A stretch of DNA of 64,000 bases from Bacillota bacterium (GCA_023415205.1 JAEZLR010000029.1:158170-222169), one strand, 5' to 3'; counted from the stretch's first letter, positions 1-11,127 are shown. The notes: generated by a model not told the origin, from the sequence alone. Program-made: numbers and translations.

Positions 1-78
1 TATGTTATTATGGCACTATCATTATAGCATACACAACCTTTGATTTTGTAGGGATATAGAGATGACCGGGCGCATATG

Positions 79-107
79 AAAAAAGGGCTGTCTTAAAATG
101 ACAGCCC
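79..107 (-). terminator. Rho-independent terminator downstream of alpha-glucan phosphorylase gene (GGGCTGTC-loop-GACAGCCC + U-tract on minus strand)
   Basis: Perfect 8-bp inverted repeat followed (on minus strand) by T-run; located just 3' of the minus-strand gene ending at 131. Confidence 0.7.
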
Positions 108-130
108 AATCAATGATTTAATCTAAACAA

Positions 131-1771
131 TTAACCCTTAATATACATTCTGTTATAGTACTCATCAAGCATACGTTTCATGCCAAAGGGTTCCTTTGTG
201 GTATTAATGGATGCCGCCATCATTTCAATCCACTTTTCGCGGTTGTCATAGTAGGTGGGCATCACTTCTTTATTCAGTACGTTCTTAAGTGCTTTAAAGT
301 CATGCTTGTCGCACTTTTCCTCGTTTTCTGTCTGGAAGCCGTCACCAAACTGCCAACCGTTGACGCCATGTTGGCAGGCTTCTGGCCACCAACCATCCAG
401 AATGGAAACATTGAGAACACCATTCATAGAGGCCTTCATACCGGAGGTTCCGGAGGCTTCCTTGGGGCGTCGGGGGTTATTGAGCCATATATCCGAGCCA
501 CGGGTCAGGGCACGGCCAATGGTCATATCGTAGTTCTCCAGGAAGACAACACTTCCAGGATAAAGCTTGGTCATATCCACGATATCGGCAACAATTGCTT
601 TACCGGTATCATCCAGAGGATGCGCCTTGCCGGAGAAGACGATCTGGAGCTTGCCCTTCTTGAGCAGGGGCTCGATAAACTTTCTGTCTGTAAAGATCAG
701 ATTGGAGCGCTTATAGGGAGCCGCACGGCGGGAGAAGCCTATCAGTAGGACATCAGGATCAAGGGCCACACCCGTTCTATCCTTGATAAAGGAAATCAGT
801 TCCTTTTTGTTCTCCATGTGCCTTTGCCATAGAGCATCGGCGGTTTCCTTGCTTCCCGTATATTTTTCTGCCAGTTCAATCATCTTTCCGTCTACCCAGG
901 TAGGAATATGAATGGCGTTGGTAATACCAATAATCTCGCTTCTGTCCTTGATCTTCTTCCACATTTTGTTCGACGTGTCCTTGTGAAGATCAGCCACCGC
1001 ATTGGATATCCGGGACAACCTTAAGGCGCCTACCGTCATATTAAAGGGGCTTCCGCCAAGCGCTTTAAGCTGTGTCTTGTTAAGGCCCAGGCCAGCGCCC
1101 ATATAAATCAGGCGGTCGATAGGATGGGACTCATTCCCCTGGACAATGGGGGTATGCGTGGTGAATACCACCTCTTCACGGGTCGCCTTCCAGGCATTTT
1201 CAAAGCTCATGCCCGTGGTCATCTTCTCTCTTAAAAGCTCAAAGCCAGCAAAGAGGGCATGCCCTTCGTTAAAGTGATAGACAGTTGGGGTAAGGCCCAG
1301 TGCTCTCAAGGCTCTGACGCCGCCTATGCCAAGTACCATTTCCTGAGCGACGCGCTCCTCGCCAAACCAGCCATAGAGCTGACCGGTGATCCAGCGTGCG
1401 TCACCATCATTGCCGTCAATATCCGTATCCAATAGATACAGATTATTCACACCATGGGCATTATACTTCCAAACCTTAATTTTAACGTCCCTGCCCTTGA
1501 TGGTGACATTAACAGTAACCCCTGTATCCTCCAAAAAGTCATATTGTCTGTTCTTATAGGCATCATAAGGCTTTCCGGTTTCTTTTTCGATATATTGGTC
1601 GCCATAGCCCTGCTTCCACTTAATACCGATACCCACCATTGGATACTTTTCATCACAGGCTCCCTTCATATAGTCGCCAGCAAGGATACCCAAGCCTCCT
1701 GCGTAAAGCTTAACATTACTTTCAATGGCATATTCCATACAGAAATATGCAACGTTGGGCTTTTTCTTCAT
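131..1771 (-). CDS. glgP: alpha-glucan (glycogen/maltodextrin) phosphorylase, short GT35 type
   Basis: EASGTSGMK pyridoxal-phosphate lysine motif, overall GT35 phosphorylase-like sequence; ATG at 1771 with AAAGGAG RBS (listed ORF start 1789 is TTG upstream of it). Confidence 0.85.
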   Translation of the reverse strand: MKKKPNVAYFCMEYAIESNVKLYAGGLGILAGDYMKGACDEKYPMVGIGIKWKQGYGDQYIEKETGKPYDAYKNRQYDFLEDTGVTVNVTIKGRDVKIKVWKYNAHGVNNLYLLDTDIDGNDGDARWITGQLYGWFGEERVAQEMVLGIGGVRALRALGLTPTVYHFNEGHALFAGFELLREKMTTGMSFENAWKATREEVVFTTHTPIVQGNESHPIDRLIYMGAGLGLNKTQLKALGGSPFNMTVGALRLSRISNAVADLHKDTSNKMWKKIKDRSEIIGITNAIHIPTWVDGKMIELAEKYTGSKETADALWQRHMENKKELISFIKDRTGVALDPDVLLIGFSRRAAPYKRSNLIFTDRKFIEPLLKKGKLQIVFSGKAHPLDDTGKAIVADIVDMTKLYPGSVVFLENYDMTIGRALTRGSDIWLNNPRRPKEASGTSGMKASMNGVLNVSILDGWWPEACQHGVNGWQFGDGFQTENEEKCDKHDFKALKNVLNKEVMPTYYDNREKWIEMMAASINTTKEPFGMKRMLDEYYNRMYIKG

Positions 1772-1841
1772 CTCCTCTACTCCTTTCAAATGCGTTAGAT
1801 ATTATCTTTAGCTGATTAAGCCAAACCTCACATGAGATTAC

Positions 1842-4133
1842 CTAAGACTGCTTGAAGGCTACTCCCTTTTCCAACAGTATCTTTTTGTTAAAGAGAATAA
1901 TTTCGACGGGCAAGCCGTCTTCAAGGAGAACCGTGGTGCCCTGATCATCCACTGACACCTTTATGAACCGTCCACGGTAAACCAAACGGAAGGAATAATT
2001 CTTCCAGGAAGCCGGTTTAAAAGGGGCCAAAGACAGCTCACCATTTTTAATTCTCATGCCCCCAAAGCCGTTGACAATGCTCATCCAGGTTCCCGCCATG
2101 GAGGTGATATGGAGACCGTCATCGGTATCCTTATTGTAGTTATCAAGATCCAATCTGGCCGTCCTTAAATAAAGCTCATAGGCCTTATCCTCCCGGCCGA
2201 TTTCTGAGGCAATTATGGAGTATACACAAGGGGACAGAGAAGATTCATGAACGGTTCTAGGCTCATAAAAATCAAAGTTTCTAGCTTTTTCTTCCAAGGA
2301 GTATTGGTCATTTAAGAACCAAAGCCCTTGCAGGACATCCGCCTGCTTGATAAAACAAGATCTTAATATTCTATCCCATGACCAGTTTTTGTTAAGAGGA
2401 AGCTCTTCGGGTGCCAGATCAGCCACCAGGACCTGTTCTTTATCAAGATACCCGTCCTGTTGTAAAAACACACCCAGTTCTTTGTCTTCAGGAAGATACA
2501 TGGTCCTACTGATACGCTCAAAGGCTTCCACCTCTCCGCCTGAGAGACCTAGGCGGGCCTTGGCCTCCTCGTATCGGTCAGGGTACCTTTCCTTCATCAT
2601 GGCAAGCACGTCAACGGTATATTGGAGGCTCCACTTCACCATGCGGTTAGTGTACCAGTTATTGTTAACATTGTTTTCGTATTCGTTGGGGCCGGTAACC
2701 CCCAGAATCATGGAGATATTCTTCACAGGATTGTAATGGGCTCTTGACACCCAAAAACGAGAGGTTTCCACCAATACGTCTATGCCTTTAGAGACAAGAT
2801 AAGACTCGTCATTTGTATAATCTGTAAAGCTCTTAATGGCATAGGTAATGGCACAATTACGGTGAATCTCCTCAAAGGTGATCTCCCATTCGTTATGGCA
2901 TTCCTCTCCGTTCATGGTGACCATGGGGTATAGCGCACCGGCGGTTCCTAATTTAGCCGAGTTTTCCTTGGCCTTTTCCAACTGATTGTGCCGGTAGACC
3001 AAAAGGCTTCTAGCGATTTCAGGCTGCTGAGTTCCCAAATAGAAATAGAGGCAGTAGGCTTCCGTATCCCAATAGGTGCTTCCACCATATTTTTCTCCCG
3101 TAAACCCCTTAGGCCCTATGTTCAGTCTTGGGTCATCTCCAGAATAAGTGCAGTTAAGGTGATAGATGTTAAAGCGTATCCCCTGCTGAGCTGGAATGTC
3201 ACCTGAAATAGTGATATCTCCCATGCGCCAGATATCATTCCATTTCTCCTTATGTGCTTCAAATAAATTGGCATAACCCGTCGATGCAGCCTGTTGAGCC
3301 TTTTGAAGTGCCAATTTTTCAATACCCTTTTCCTCATAGTATCGGTCGCTTACCACAGCCACTATCTTTTCAAGAGTAGCCTGCGCTCCTTTACTGACGC
3401 GGGTATTGATCTTAACACCGACATATTCGCCGGTTCGCTCGTTCACAGGATAGGTCTCCTGTACCGACGCACCAAATAGCTTCCAATAAAACGCTGCAGA
3501 AACTGTAAAATCGGTCTTGCGAGTTTTCATAGTCACGTGGGCAGCATCTTTTCCGGTACTGCTGTTGACATAATCCCAAAATTTTTCATTGTAATTGGCA
3601 TCTTCATTTTTAATATCGCCATTGAGGAAAGGAATCAGTGTGATATCTGCATCCCGTGTAAGGCTCTTTACACTATACCTTATTGCCGCAATATCGGGAT
3701 CGGCATAGCTAATGAAGCGTTCTGTCTTGATTTCATACTCAGCGCCGTCGGTTCCAATAAAGGTAAAGCCTCTTCTCAGAACACTCTCCTTCATATCCAG
3801 TTCCCTTATATATCCTGTAAAGCGCGAAGAAGCCAAATCCACTACTTCCCCGTTAATAAAAACACGTATCCCGATAAAATCAATGGCATTCAAAACTTTT
3901 GCGAAATATTCTGGATAACCGTTTTTCCACCAGCCCACACGGGTTTTATCCGGGTAATAAACACCCGCCACATAGGTTCCTTTAAGGGAATCTCCCGAGA
4001 AGTCCTCCTCATGGTTGCCTCTTAATCCCATTCTTCCATTACCGGAAGACATCAAGCTCTCAAAAAGGCGGTTTTCCTCAGATGAAAAGCCCTCCTGTAT
4101 AATTTTCCATTCATGGTTGACCAGCAAACTCAT
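1842..4133 (-). CDS. GH65 family disaccharide phosphorylase (maltose/kojibiose phosphorylase type)
   Basis: ~765 aa, GH65-like N-terminal and catalytic regions; context with beta-phosphoglucomutase and LacI regulator typical of maltose phosphorylase loci; GGAGG RBS before ATG at 4133. Confidence 0.8.
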   Translation of the reverse strand: MSLLVNHEWKIIQEGFSSEENRLFESLMSSGNGRMGLRGNHEEDFSGDSLKGTYVAGVYYPDKTRVGWWKNGYPEYFAKVLNAIDFIGIRVFINGEVVDLASSRFTGYIRELDMKESVLRRGFTFIGTDGAEYEIKTERFISYADPDIAAIRYSVKSLTRDADITLIPFLNGDIKNEDANYNEKFWDYVNSSTGKDAAHVTMKTRKTDFTVSAAFYWKLFGASVQETYPVNERTGEYVGVKINTRVSKGAQATLEKIVAVVSDRYYEEKGIEKLALQKAQQAASTGYANLFEAHKEKWNDIWRMGDITISGDIPAQQGIRFNIYHLNCTYSGDDPRLNIGPKGFTGEKYGGSTYWDTEAYCLYFYLGTQQPEIARSLLVYRHNQLEKAKENSAKLGTAGALYPMVTMNGEECHNEWEITFEEIHRNCAITYAIKSFTDYTNDESYLVSKGIDVLVETSRFWVSRAHYNPVKNISMILGVTGPNEYENNVNNNWYTNRMVKWSLQYTVDVLAMMKERYPDRYEEAKARLGLSGGEVEAFERISRTMYLPEDKELGVFLQQDGYLDKEQVLVADLAPEELPLNKNWSWDRILRSCFIKQADVLQGLWFLNDQYSLEEKARNFDFYEPRTVHESSLSPCVYSIIASEIGREDKAYELYLRTARLDLDNYNKDTDDGLHITSMAGTWMSIVNGFGGMRIKNGELSLAPFKPASWKNYSFRLVYRGRFIKVSVDDQGTTVLLEDGLPVEIILFNKKILLEKGVAFKQS

Positions 4134-4191
4134 TTCCTTAACCTCCAAATGTCAAGCGTAGAAAAATCTCAATGTTGTCTATTAGCCCTGC

Positions 4192-5208
4192 TTATAAGGC
4201 CGATTCTCTCTCCACCAAATGAGTGGGCACAATATAGTGGGTGGTGGTATTATCTTTTCTTTCAATGTTGTCTATAAGCACCTTGGCAGCGTGAAACCCT
4301 AGTTTGTCTGCATTGACATCAACGGAAGTCAGCTTGGGACTCTGATACATGCCTAAGGGCGTATTGTTAAAGCCAGTCACAGCCAAACCTGTAAGACCTT
4401 TTTCCTGCATGGCCTTAAAAACACCCAGCGCCTGCATATCATCACAGGTTACCACCGCAGTCGGCTTATTTTGCCCAGTTTCCCATGCTGATATGATTTT
4501 CATCATACATTCATAGCCAAATTCATCAGAAAAATCCCCATTTTCAAACAAAAAAGACCTTTCCACCTGCACACCATGAATGGACATAGCCCGCTTATAG
4601 CCTTCCAATCTATCCTTGGAGACGTTGTGCCCCAACGGCCCACCAATAAAAGAGATGGCTGTATGACCCTTGGATATAAGGTAATCCGTCACTTGATAAG
4701 TGGCCTGAAAGTTATCGTTATCCACCCAAAGCACACCCTTAGTATCATCAGGACGTCCGATAACTGAAAAAGGAAATTTCTTTTTCTTCAAATAGCTGAT
4801 ACACTTGTCATTGGTTCTTGAAGTAAATAGAATAATACCATCAACACTTTTGCTGGAGACATAGCGCATGGCAATATTTAGGTCTTCTTCTTCGCTTTTA
4901 TTAAATGCAAACATAACGTTGTAACCATTTTCTTGTGCATAAATGCTAATACCGGTCAGAGCCTCGATGAAGAACGGATTTCGGATTAAAGATTCAGCCT
5001 CGGTATTGAGTATGAGACCAATTGTCTTGGTTGAGCAATTTGCCAAGCTCCGCGCTATGGCATTGGGATAATAATTGAGTTCTTCCACTACCTTTCTTAC
5101 GCGTTGCTTGGTTTCTTCACTAATTCTTGGATTGTCCGACAGAACACGAGAAACAGTTGAGGCGGAAACACCTGCAGCTTTTGCTACATCATTAATGGTT
5201 GCACCCAT
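4192..5208 (-). CDS. LacI-family transcriptional regulator
   Basis: N-terminal HTH 'INDVAKAAGVSASTVSRVL' followed by periplasmic-binding-protein-like sugar-binding fold; probable ATG at 5208 (listed ORF starts at GTG 5217). Confidence 0.9.
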   Translation of the reverse strand: MGATINDVAKAAGVSASTVSRVLSDNPRISEETKQRVRKVVEELNYYPNAIARSLANCSTKTIGLILNTEAESLIRNPFFIEALTGISIYAQENGYNVMFAFNKSEEEDLNIAMRYVSSKSVDGIILFTSRTNDKCISYLKKKKFPFSVIGRPDDTKGVLWVDNDNFQATYQVTDYLISKGHTAISFIGGPLGHNVSKDRLEGYKRAMSIHGVQVERSFLFENGDFSDEFGYECMMKIISAWETGQNKPTAVVTCDDMQALGVFKAMQEKGLTGLAVTGFNNTPLGMYQSPKLTSVDVNADKLGFHAAKVLIDNIERKDNTTTHYIVPTHLVERESAL

Positions 5209-5384
5209 GGCTTGCACCCTTTCTTTTGGTTGGTTTTTCTTTTATCTCGGTGTTCAAGCGTTTGCACAACTATTATATTATTCCTGAAGTATTTTGTCAA
5301 GATATACTGTAAGTGTCCTTAGAACTTGCAGATGCTAGCTGATTTTATAAGATTTTTATTGTATTTAGTAAGAAAACCTTACAT

Positions 5385-5413
5385 TTGACTTTGCACATGC
5401 CTTGATATATAAT
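5385..5413 (+). promoter_or_regulatory. sigma-A-like promoter for pgmB (TTGACT-17-TATAAT)
   Basis: -35 TTGACT 5385-5390, 17-nt spacer, -10 TATAAT 5408-5413, ~65 nt upstream of pgmB ATG. Confidence 0.55.
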
Positions 5414-5478
5414 ATTGGAAATATGTGCAACCGATTGTATTTTAGGAATTCCTTCATAAATCTGCGGAGGTAAAATGG

Positions 5479-6132
5479 ATGAGCATTAGAGCAGCTCTGT
5501 TTGATTTGGATGGCGTTATTGTCGATACCGCAAAATATCATTTTCTTGCATGGAAAAGGCTCGCTGAAGAGTTAGGTTCGGTTTTTACCGAGAAAGATAA
5601 TGAGCGACTCAAAGGCGTATCCAGAATGCGGTCTCTCGAAATTCTTTTGGAGGTTGGCGGTCTTACAGGCAGATTCTCTGAGGAAGAGATGGCTTTGATG
5701 GCTACAAAGAAGAATAATTGGTATGTTGAATATATCTCAAAGATGGATGAAAGTGAAATTCTTAAGGGCACCCTTGAATGTCTCAAGAGTTTCCGGGCGC
5801 TAGGGATAAAAACCGCCCTAGGATCAGCCAGTAAAAATGCACTCCTCATCCTTAACAACCTGAATCTCATTTCCTATTTTGATGCTATCATTGATGGAAC
5901 AAAAACCTCAAAGGCCAAGCCTGACCCTGAGGTCTTTCTACTGGGTGCTCAGGCTGTGGGCGTCTCACCCGAGGAATGTGTTGTCTTTGAGGATGCCCAG
6001 GCCGGCTTGGAAGCCGCAAAAAGTGCCGGAATGAAGGCCATAGCCGTGGGCAGGCCCGAGGATCTGACCGGGTACGACCTGATTGTTAAGGGCTTGTATG
6101 AGGTTGATCCGGTTGAAATAGCCAAACTATAA
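5479..6132 (+). CDS. pgmB: beta-phosphoglucomutase (HAD superfamily)
   Basis: N-terminal DLDGV HAD motif I, beta-PGM-like length (217 aa) and sequence; divergent from GH65/LacI genes; GGAGG RBS. Confidence 0.88.
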   Translation: MSIRAALFDLDGVIVDTAKYHFLAWKRLAEELGSVFTEKDNERLKGVSRMRSLEILLEVGGLTGRFSEEEMALMATKKNNWYVEYISKMDESEILKGTLECLKSFRALGIKTALGSASKNALLILNNLNLISYFDAIIDGTKTSKAKPDPEVFLLGAQAVGVSPEECVVFEDAQAGLEAAKSAGMKAIAVGRPEDLTGYDLIVKGLYEVDPVEIAKL

Positions 6133-6146
6133 AAAGAAATGTGCAT

Positions 6147-6185
6147 AAAAAAACCAGCTTGATCGCGTTCAAGCTGGTTTTTTAT
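6147..6185. terminator. Bidirectional rho-independent terminator (pgmB / purA)
   Basis: A-run, stem CCAGCTTG/CAAGCTGG with 8-nt loop, T-run; sits between convergent genes. Confidence 0.8.
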
Positions 6186-6358
6186 TAGTTGGTGGTAATT
6201 TACTGTTTTCCTGCTTTACTTTCACACATTCCTATGGAATGTGCTTTTGTATTCCAGTTCCGATCACGCCTACAGTCTAGATTCCCTTACTTTTCTCGCA
6301 TGCTTTCACATTGGCTTCGCCAATGCTACCGCATGCCTAAAATCGACAGAGTTCTTTA

Positions 6359-7678
<1,320 letters not shown>

Positions 7679-7898
7679 TTATAGGCGCAACCTCAACAAG
7701 ACCAGGGCATGCATCCTTGGACAAAGGATTAATTTTTAAGTTGTCCAGTCGGCATTAATATTATATAGGGTATAGCCTTTTAATGCAAACACAATTCTTC
7801 TGAAGGTTGACAAGGAGCTTTCCCAAACACCCCTGAGGGTACCCCCTAAACAAGGTCTATAGAGTTCCCGTCCTCCATCAACGATTTCTAATACATAA

Positions 7899-8042
7899 AA
7901 GCTAGTCTCCATGAACCCACAACTCAGCATTGGAGATGTGGCCCAGTCGGTGGGATATGAAGAACCCCTTCAGTTTTCCAAAACCTTCAGGAAAACCAAA
8001 GGGGACTCACCTTATCATTATCGAAAAAACGCCGGGTATTAG
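7899..8042 (+). pseudogene. 3' remnant of an AraC/XylS-family regulator gene (last ~43 codons only)
   Basis: Frame encodes MNPQLSIGDVAQSVGYEEPLQFSKTFRKTKGDSPYHYRKNAGY*, matching the second HTH of AraC-family C-termini (SIxDIAxxVGFxxxxYFSRxFKKxxGxSPxxYR); frame is closed by TAA immediately upstream, no N-terminal part present. Confidence 0.6.
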
Positions 8043-8722
8043 TAGCCGCTATTGGAACGGCCCTGACCGCTTACCAGTACAGGGGTGGTGGAAGAACCTA
8101 CGCCCAGCCTTTCACAGCCCATTTCAATATAGTGAAGCGCTGTTTCTCTATCACGGATGCCCCCCGAGGCCTTGACACGTATCCGGCCCTTTGCAGCTTC
8201 CAGCATGGCTTTCACAGCCTCATCAGAAGCCCCCTGATTATGAAACCCCGTAGAGGTTTTGACAAAGTCGGCCCCCGCCTCGATACAAATTTCTGTTGTT
8301 TTTTTAATTTCTTCAACGGTAAGGGTGCAGGATTCAAAAATGACCTTTAAAAGCACTCCTGCCTTACGAGTGATCTCCGATACAGCCTGGATATCCTTTA
8401 AAACCTTACCCCATAAGCCCGAACGGATAAAGCCGAAGTTGGCCACCATATCTATTTCCTTAAGGCCCTTGAACGCATAATGTGAAGCCTCGAAGGCTTT
8501 GACTTCGGTGGGCACGCAGCCATGAGGGAACGCCAGAACACAGCAAACATCTGTTTTAGTCCCCTTACATAAACTGACAGCCAGATCAATATCACAGGGC
8601 CGTACACAGACCGTCCGGACGGTATGATCCACACCCTCCAGAATAGCCTTCCGGGCCTCCTCTTGAGTCATTTCTGGTTTTAGTACTGCATGATCGATGT
8701 AACGCGAAATATTAATCTCCAT
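8039..8722 (-). CDS. deoC: deoxyribose-phosphate aldolase
   Basis: Class I aldolase DeoC-like sequence (FVKTSTGF Schiff-base lysine region, ASGGIR), ~227 aa. Confidence 0.9.
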   Translation of the reverse strand: MEINISRYIDHAVLKPEMTQEEARKAILEGVDHTVRTVCVRPCDIDLAVSLCKGTKTDVCCVLAFPHGCVPTEVKAFEASHYAFKGLKEIDMVANFGFIRSGLWGKVLKDIQAVSEITRKAGVLLKVIFESCTLTVEEIKKTTEICIEAGADFVKTSTGFHNQGASDEAVKAMLEAAKGRIRVKASGGIRDRETALHYIEMGCERLGVGSSTTPVLVSGQGRSNSGY

Positions 8723-8807
8723 AGCTTGTCCTCCTTGATACGAAGGAATCAGAAGGAGCTTCCTCCCTCATTCCCGTCGGGCCTGTTGACTTATCCCAAC
8801 ACTGAAA

Positions 8808-8836
8808 GTATAGGCCAAAAAGCCCAGTGCTGTCAA
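8808..8836 (-). promoter_or_regulatory. sigma-A-like promoter for deoC (TTGACA-17-TATACT on minus strand)
   Basis: Reverse complement of 8808-8836 reads TTGACA-17nt-TATACT, ~85 nt upstream of deoC start. Confidence 0.5.
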
Positions 8837-8846
8837 CGAAGAGGCT

Positions 8847-10097
8847 CTAGACGACTATCTCGCCCGATTTAAGACTGACATAAACCAGCCAGTACCCTCC
8901 CATATCCCGGATAGTACTATCACTGACAGGAACCCATCGGCAGGCGGTTTCAAAAGGACGGTTGTCGGTTTCATTTCTGGCCGGAACCCCTATGACATAA
9001 TAATGGGAACCATTTTCACCATGGTAAAGGCCTGCAAGAATATGCTTATATTTAAAAAGCCCCACAAGAATTTTAGGGTTGGCAAAAACCGGTACATTGA
9101 CACCCGACATATACATGATATTGCTCAGCTTGGCCAGGTCTGAAACCCGGTACCAACTGTATCCCCTGCTGGCCCTTTTAAAGGGTGTGCATTCCTCAAA
9201 ATGATTCTTGAGGAATTCTTCCAGCTTTCTCATATCACAGCGGTTATAGGGGGTGTCTTGAGGAACGGATCTTTGGGCCGAGGGGTTGGGCTGGGCCGAG
9301 GAATAATCGGGCTCTGTCTTAAGCACCCGCTCCTCTTTCTGGGGTGTAGAAGCATAGGGTTGTGGATATGGGTTGGCAGCAGCATTCTGCATCCCCGCCT
9401 GCGCCTGGGAATAAGCGGAGGGCTCAGCTTGAGCACCGTAGGGCTGCGGCGGGGGCATATAGGGTTGGGGGTTCGCCTTGGCGGTTTGAGAGGTAGGGGG
9501 AGTCTGAGCCACAGACGGCTTGGGCTGACGAGTCTCCTCAAAGGGTCTTTCCTGGGCAACTGGTCTTACCTCCGTCTTGGGTTTTTCGAGGTTTTCCTCG
9601 ACAGCAGGCTTCTTAAGCAAAAGCTGACGGATGCTCTCATCCCATTTATAGCTTTTTTCAAAGCTTGAGAACAGGGGAACCCATTTTTTATCCTGACTCT
9701 CGGCGGTAATCGCCGCAAACCGTACGGCATCCGGCTTTAAACCATGATTCTTCAATGTCTCCGCGTCGATCTCCAGACCATTTTGCATACCGCTATAGGA
9801 TGTGCTCATGGAGCCTGCCAAAAGCGGTATTAATTGGTCGTGTCTGGCAAAGATAAGATAGAGCTTATAGGTATAAGGCCCCTGCTTAAGCCCTTTGACA
9901 TGCAGGGAGGCCTGTATTCTGCCCTCCCAGGAATCCAGCCGAACAAAGGCCTCGGGAGTGCTGCCCGCGCCAAAGCCTGAATCGAGCTCTTCCATAATGG
10001 CATATTTCCTGGCAAAACCGGATAACGACTGCATAATACCACCCAAAAAGTAAACTTCTCTTGAAAGTATACGCAGTATTTCCAAGGGATATAACAT
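8847..10097 (-). CDS. hypothetical protein with central Pro/Gln-rich low-complexity linker
   Basis: Long ORF; N- and C-terminal globular-looking segments separated by ~100 aa of P/Q/A/Y-rich sequence (PQPYMPPPQPYGAQAEP...); start ambiguous (ATG 10097 or 10034); no recognisable family. Confidence 0.5.
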   Translation of the reverse strand: MLYPLEILRILSREVYFLGGIMQSLSGFARKYAIMEELDSGFGAGSTPEAFVRLDSWEGRIQASLHVKGLKQGPYTYKLYLIFARHDQLIPLLAGSMSTSYSGMQNGLEIDAETLKNHGLKPDAVRFAAITAESQDKKWVPLFSSFEKSYKWDESIRQLLLKKPAVEENLEKPKTEVRPVAQERPFEETRQPKPSVAQTPPTSQTAKANPQPYMPPPQPYGAQAEPSAYSQAQAGMQNAAANPYPQPYASTPQKEERVLKTEPDYSSAQPNPSAQRSVPQDTPYNRCDMRKLEEFLKNHFEECTPFKRASRGYSWYRVSDLAKLSNIMYMSGVNVPVFANPKILVGLFKYKHILAGLYHGENGSHYYVIGVPARNETDNRPFETACRWVPVSDSTIRDMGGYWLVYVSLKSGEIVV

Positions 10098-10127
10098 TTC
10101 CCCCAGGGTTTCGCTGATGACATTATA

Positions 10128-10964
10128 CTAAGTGGAGAGCTCCCTGCAGAGCATCGAAAAAGCCTCTATTGAGAGCTCCTCTGCTCGGGCGGTTTCCTTG
10201 ATACCCAGCTTGTTTAAAATTTCCTTGAGCCGTTCCTTGCCGCCCTTCAGCCAGGGTTGGAGTCCCAGTGAGTTGAGAAGGGTCTTTCTCCTTTGGGCAA
10301 AGGAGGCCCTTACTACCTGAAAGAAAAAATCCTTGGGGATATCCTGTACAAAGCCAAGCTCCCGCTTCTTCAACCGAACAACTGCCGAGTCCACATCCGG
10401 TTTGGGTATAAAGCAGTTTTTTGAGACCGTGAAAGCCAGCTTGGGATCGGCATAGTAGCGAACGGCAATGGAAAGGGCACTATAATCCTTGGTTCCCGGC
10501 ATCCCCGCCATCCTTAGAGCTACCTCTTTCTGAACCATGAATACCAGCGTATCCCAGTTGATATCCCCTTCAAGGAGCATCATGACTATGGGTGTGGTAA
10601 TATAGTAGGGCAGGTTGGAGATGACCTTTAAAGGGCCCCTCCACTCTCCCAAAAGGGCTTTGATATCCACCTTCATAATGTCCCCATGAACCAGAGACAC
10701 ATTCGGAAGATCCTTGAGATTTTCTTCAAGGGCCGGGATCAGGTGCCTGTCAATCTCCACCGCTACCACCCTGCCTGCCCTCTGGGCCAATTCCACTGTC
10801 ATGGAGCCAATGCCGGGGCCAATTTCAACTACGAGATCCTCCGCTGTCACCTGACCGGCATCCACAATTTTCCTGATAATATTAATATCCGTAAGAAAAT
10901 TTTGCCCCAGGGTTTTCGTCAGCTTAAGGTCATATTTCTTTAAGACTTCATTGGTGTTTATCAT
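10128..10964 (-). CDS. rsmA: 16S rRNA (adenine1518/1519-N6)-dimethyltransferase
   Basis: GQNFL motif, SAM-binding VVEIGPGIGSMT, NLPY motif; KsgA-like length. Confidence 0.93.
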   Translation of the reverse strand: MINTNEVLKKYDLKLTKTLGQNFLTDINIIRKIVDAGQVTAEDLVVEIGPGIGSMTVELAQRAGRVVAVEIDRHLIPALEENLKDLPNVSLVHGDIMKVDIKALLGEWRGPLKVISNLPYYITTPIVMMLLEGDINWDTLVFMVQKEVALRMAGMPGTKDYSALSIAVRYYADPKLAFTVSKNCFIPKPDVDSAVVRLKKRELGFVQDIPKDFFFQVVRASFAQRRKTLLNSLGLQPWLKGGKERLKEILNKLGIKETARAEELSIEAFSMLCRELST

Positions 10965-11127
10965 GGCTCCTCCGGTCTTTTCCCCTATTGAATTTTGTCC
11001 GTGTCATAACCTTAGGAGAGGCTTAAGGGGTGAAAGCGACCCTCAACGATTATGGGATATTTGTGTGTGAAATGGCACAAATAAGGAGCTTATTAAAGCC
11101 CCTCATCTTTCTTGTCCGCTATTTTCT

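Noticed and set aside
9201-9668. Overlapping plus/minus ORFs (155 aa and 109 aa) inside the P/Q-rich hypothetical gene
   Set aside because: Low-complexity Pro/Gly/Leu/Arg translations produced by the repetitive CCN/GGN-rich coding sequence of the minus-strand gene; no RBS, entirely internal to a better-supported CDS.
11054-11075. Rex-like half-site pair GTGTGAAATGGCACAAAT between ksgA and yabE
   Set aside because: Right half-site is offset by one nucleotide relative to the 18-bp Rex consensus; only a partial match.
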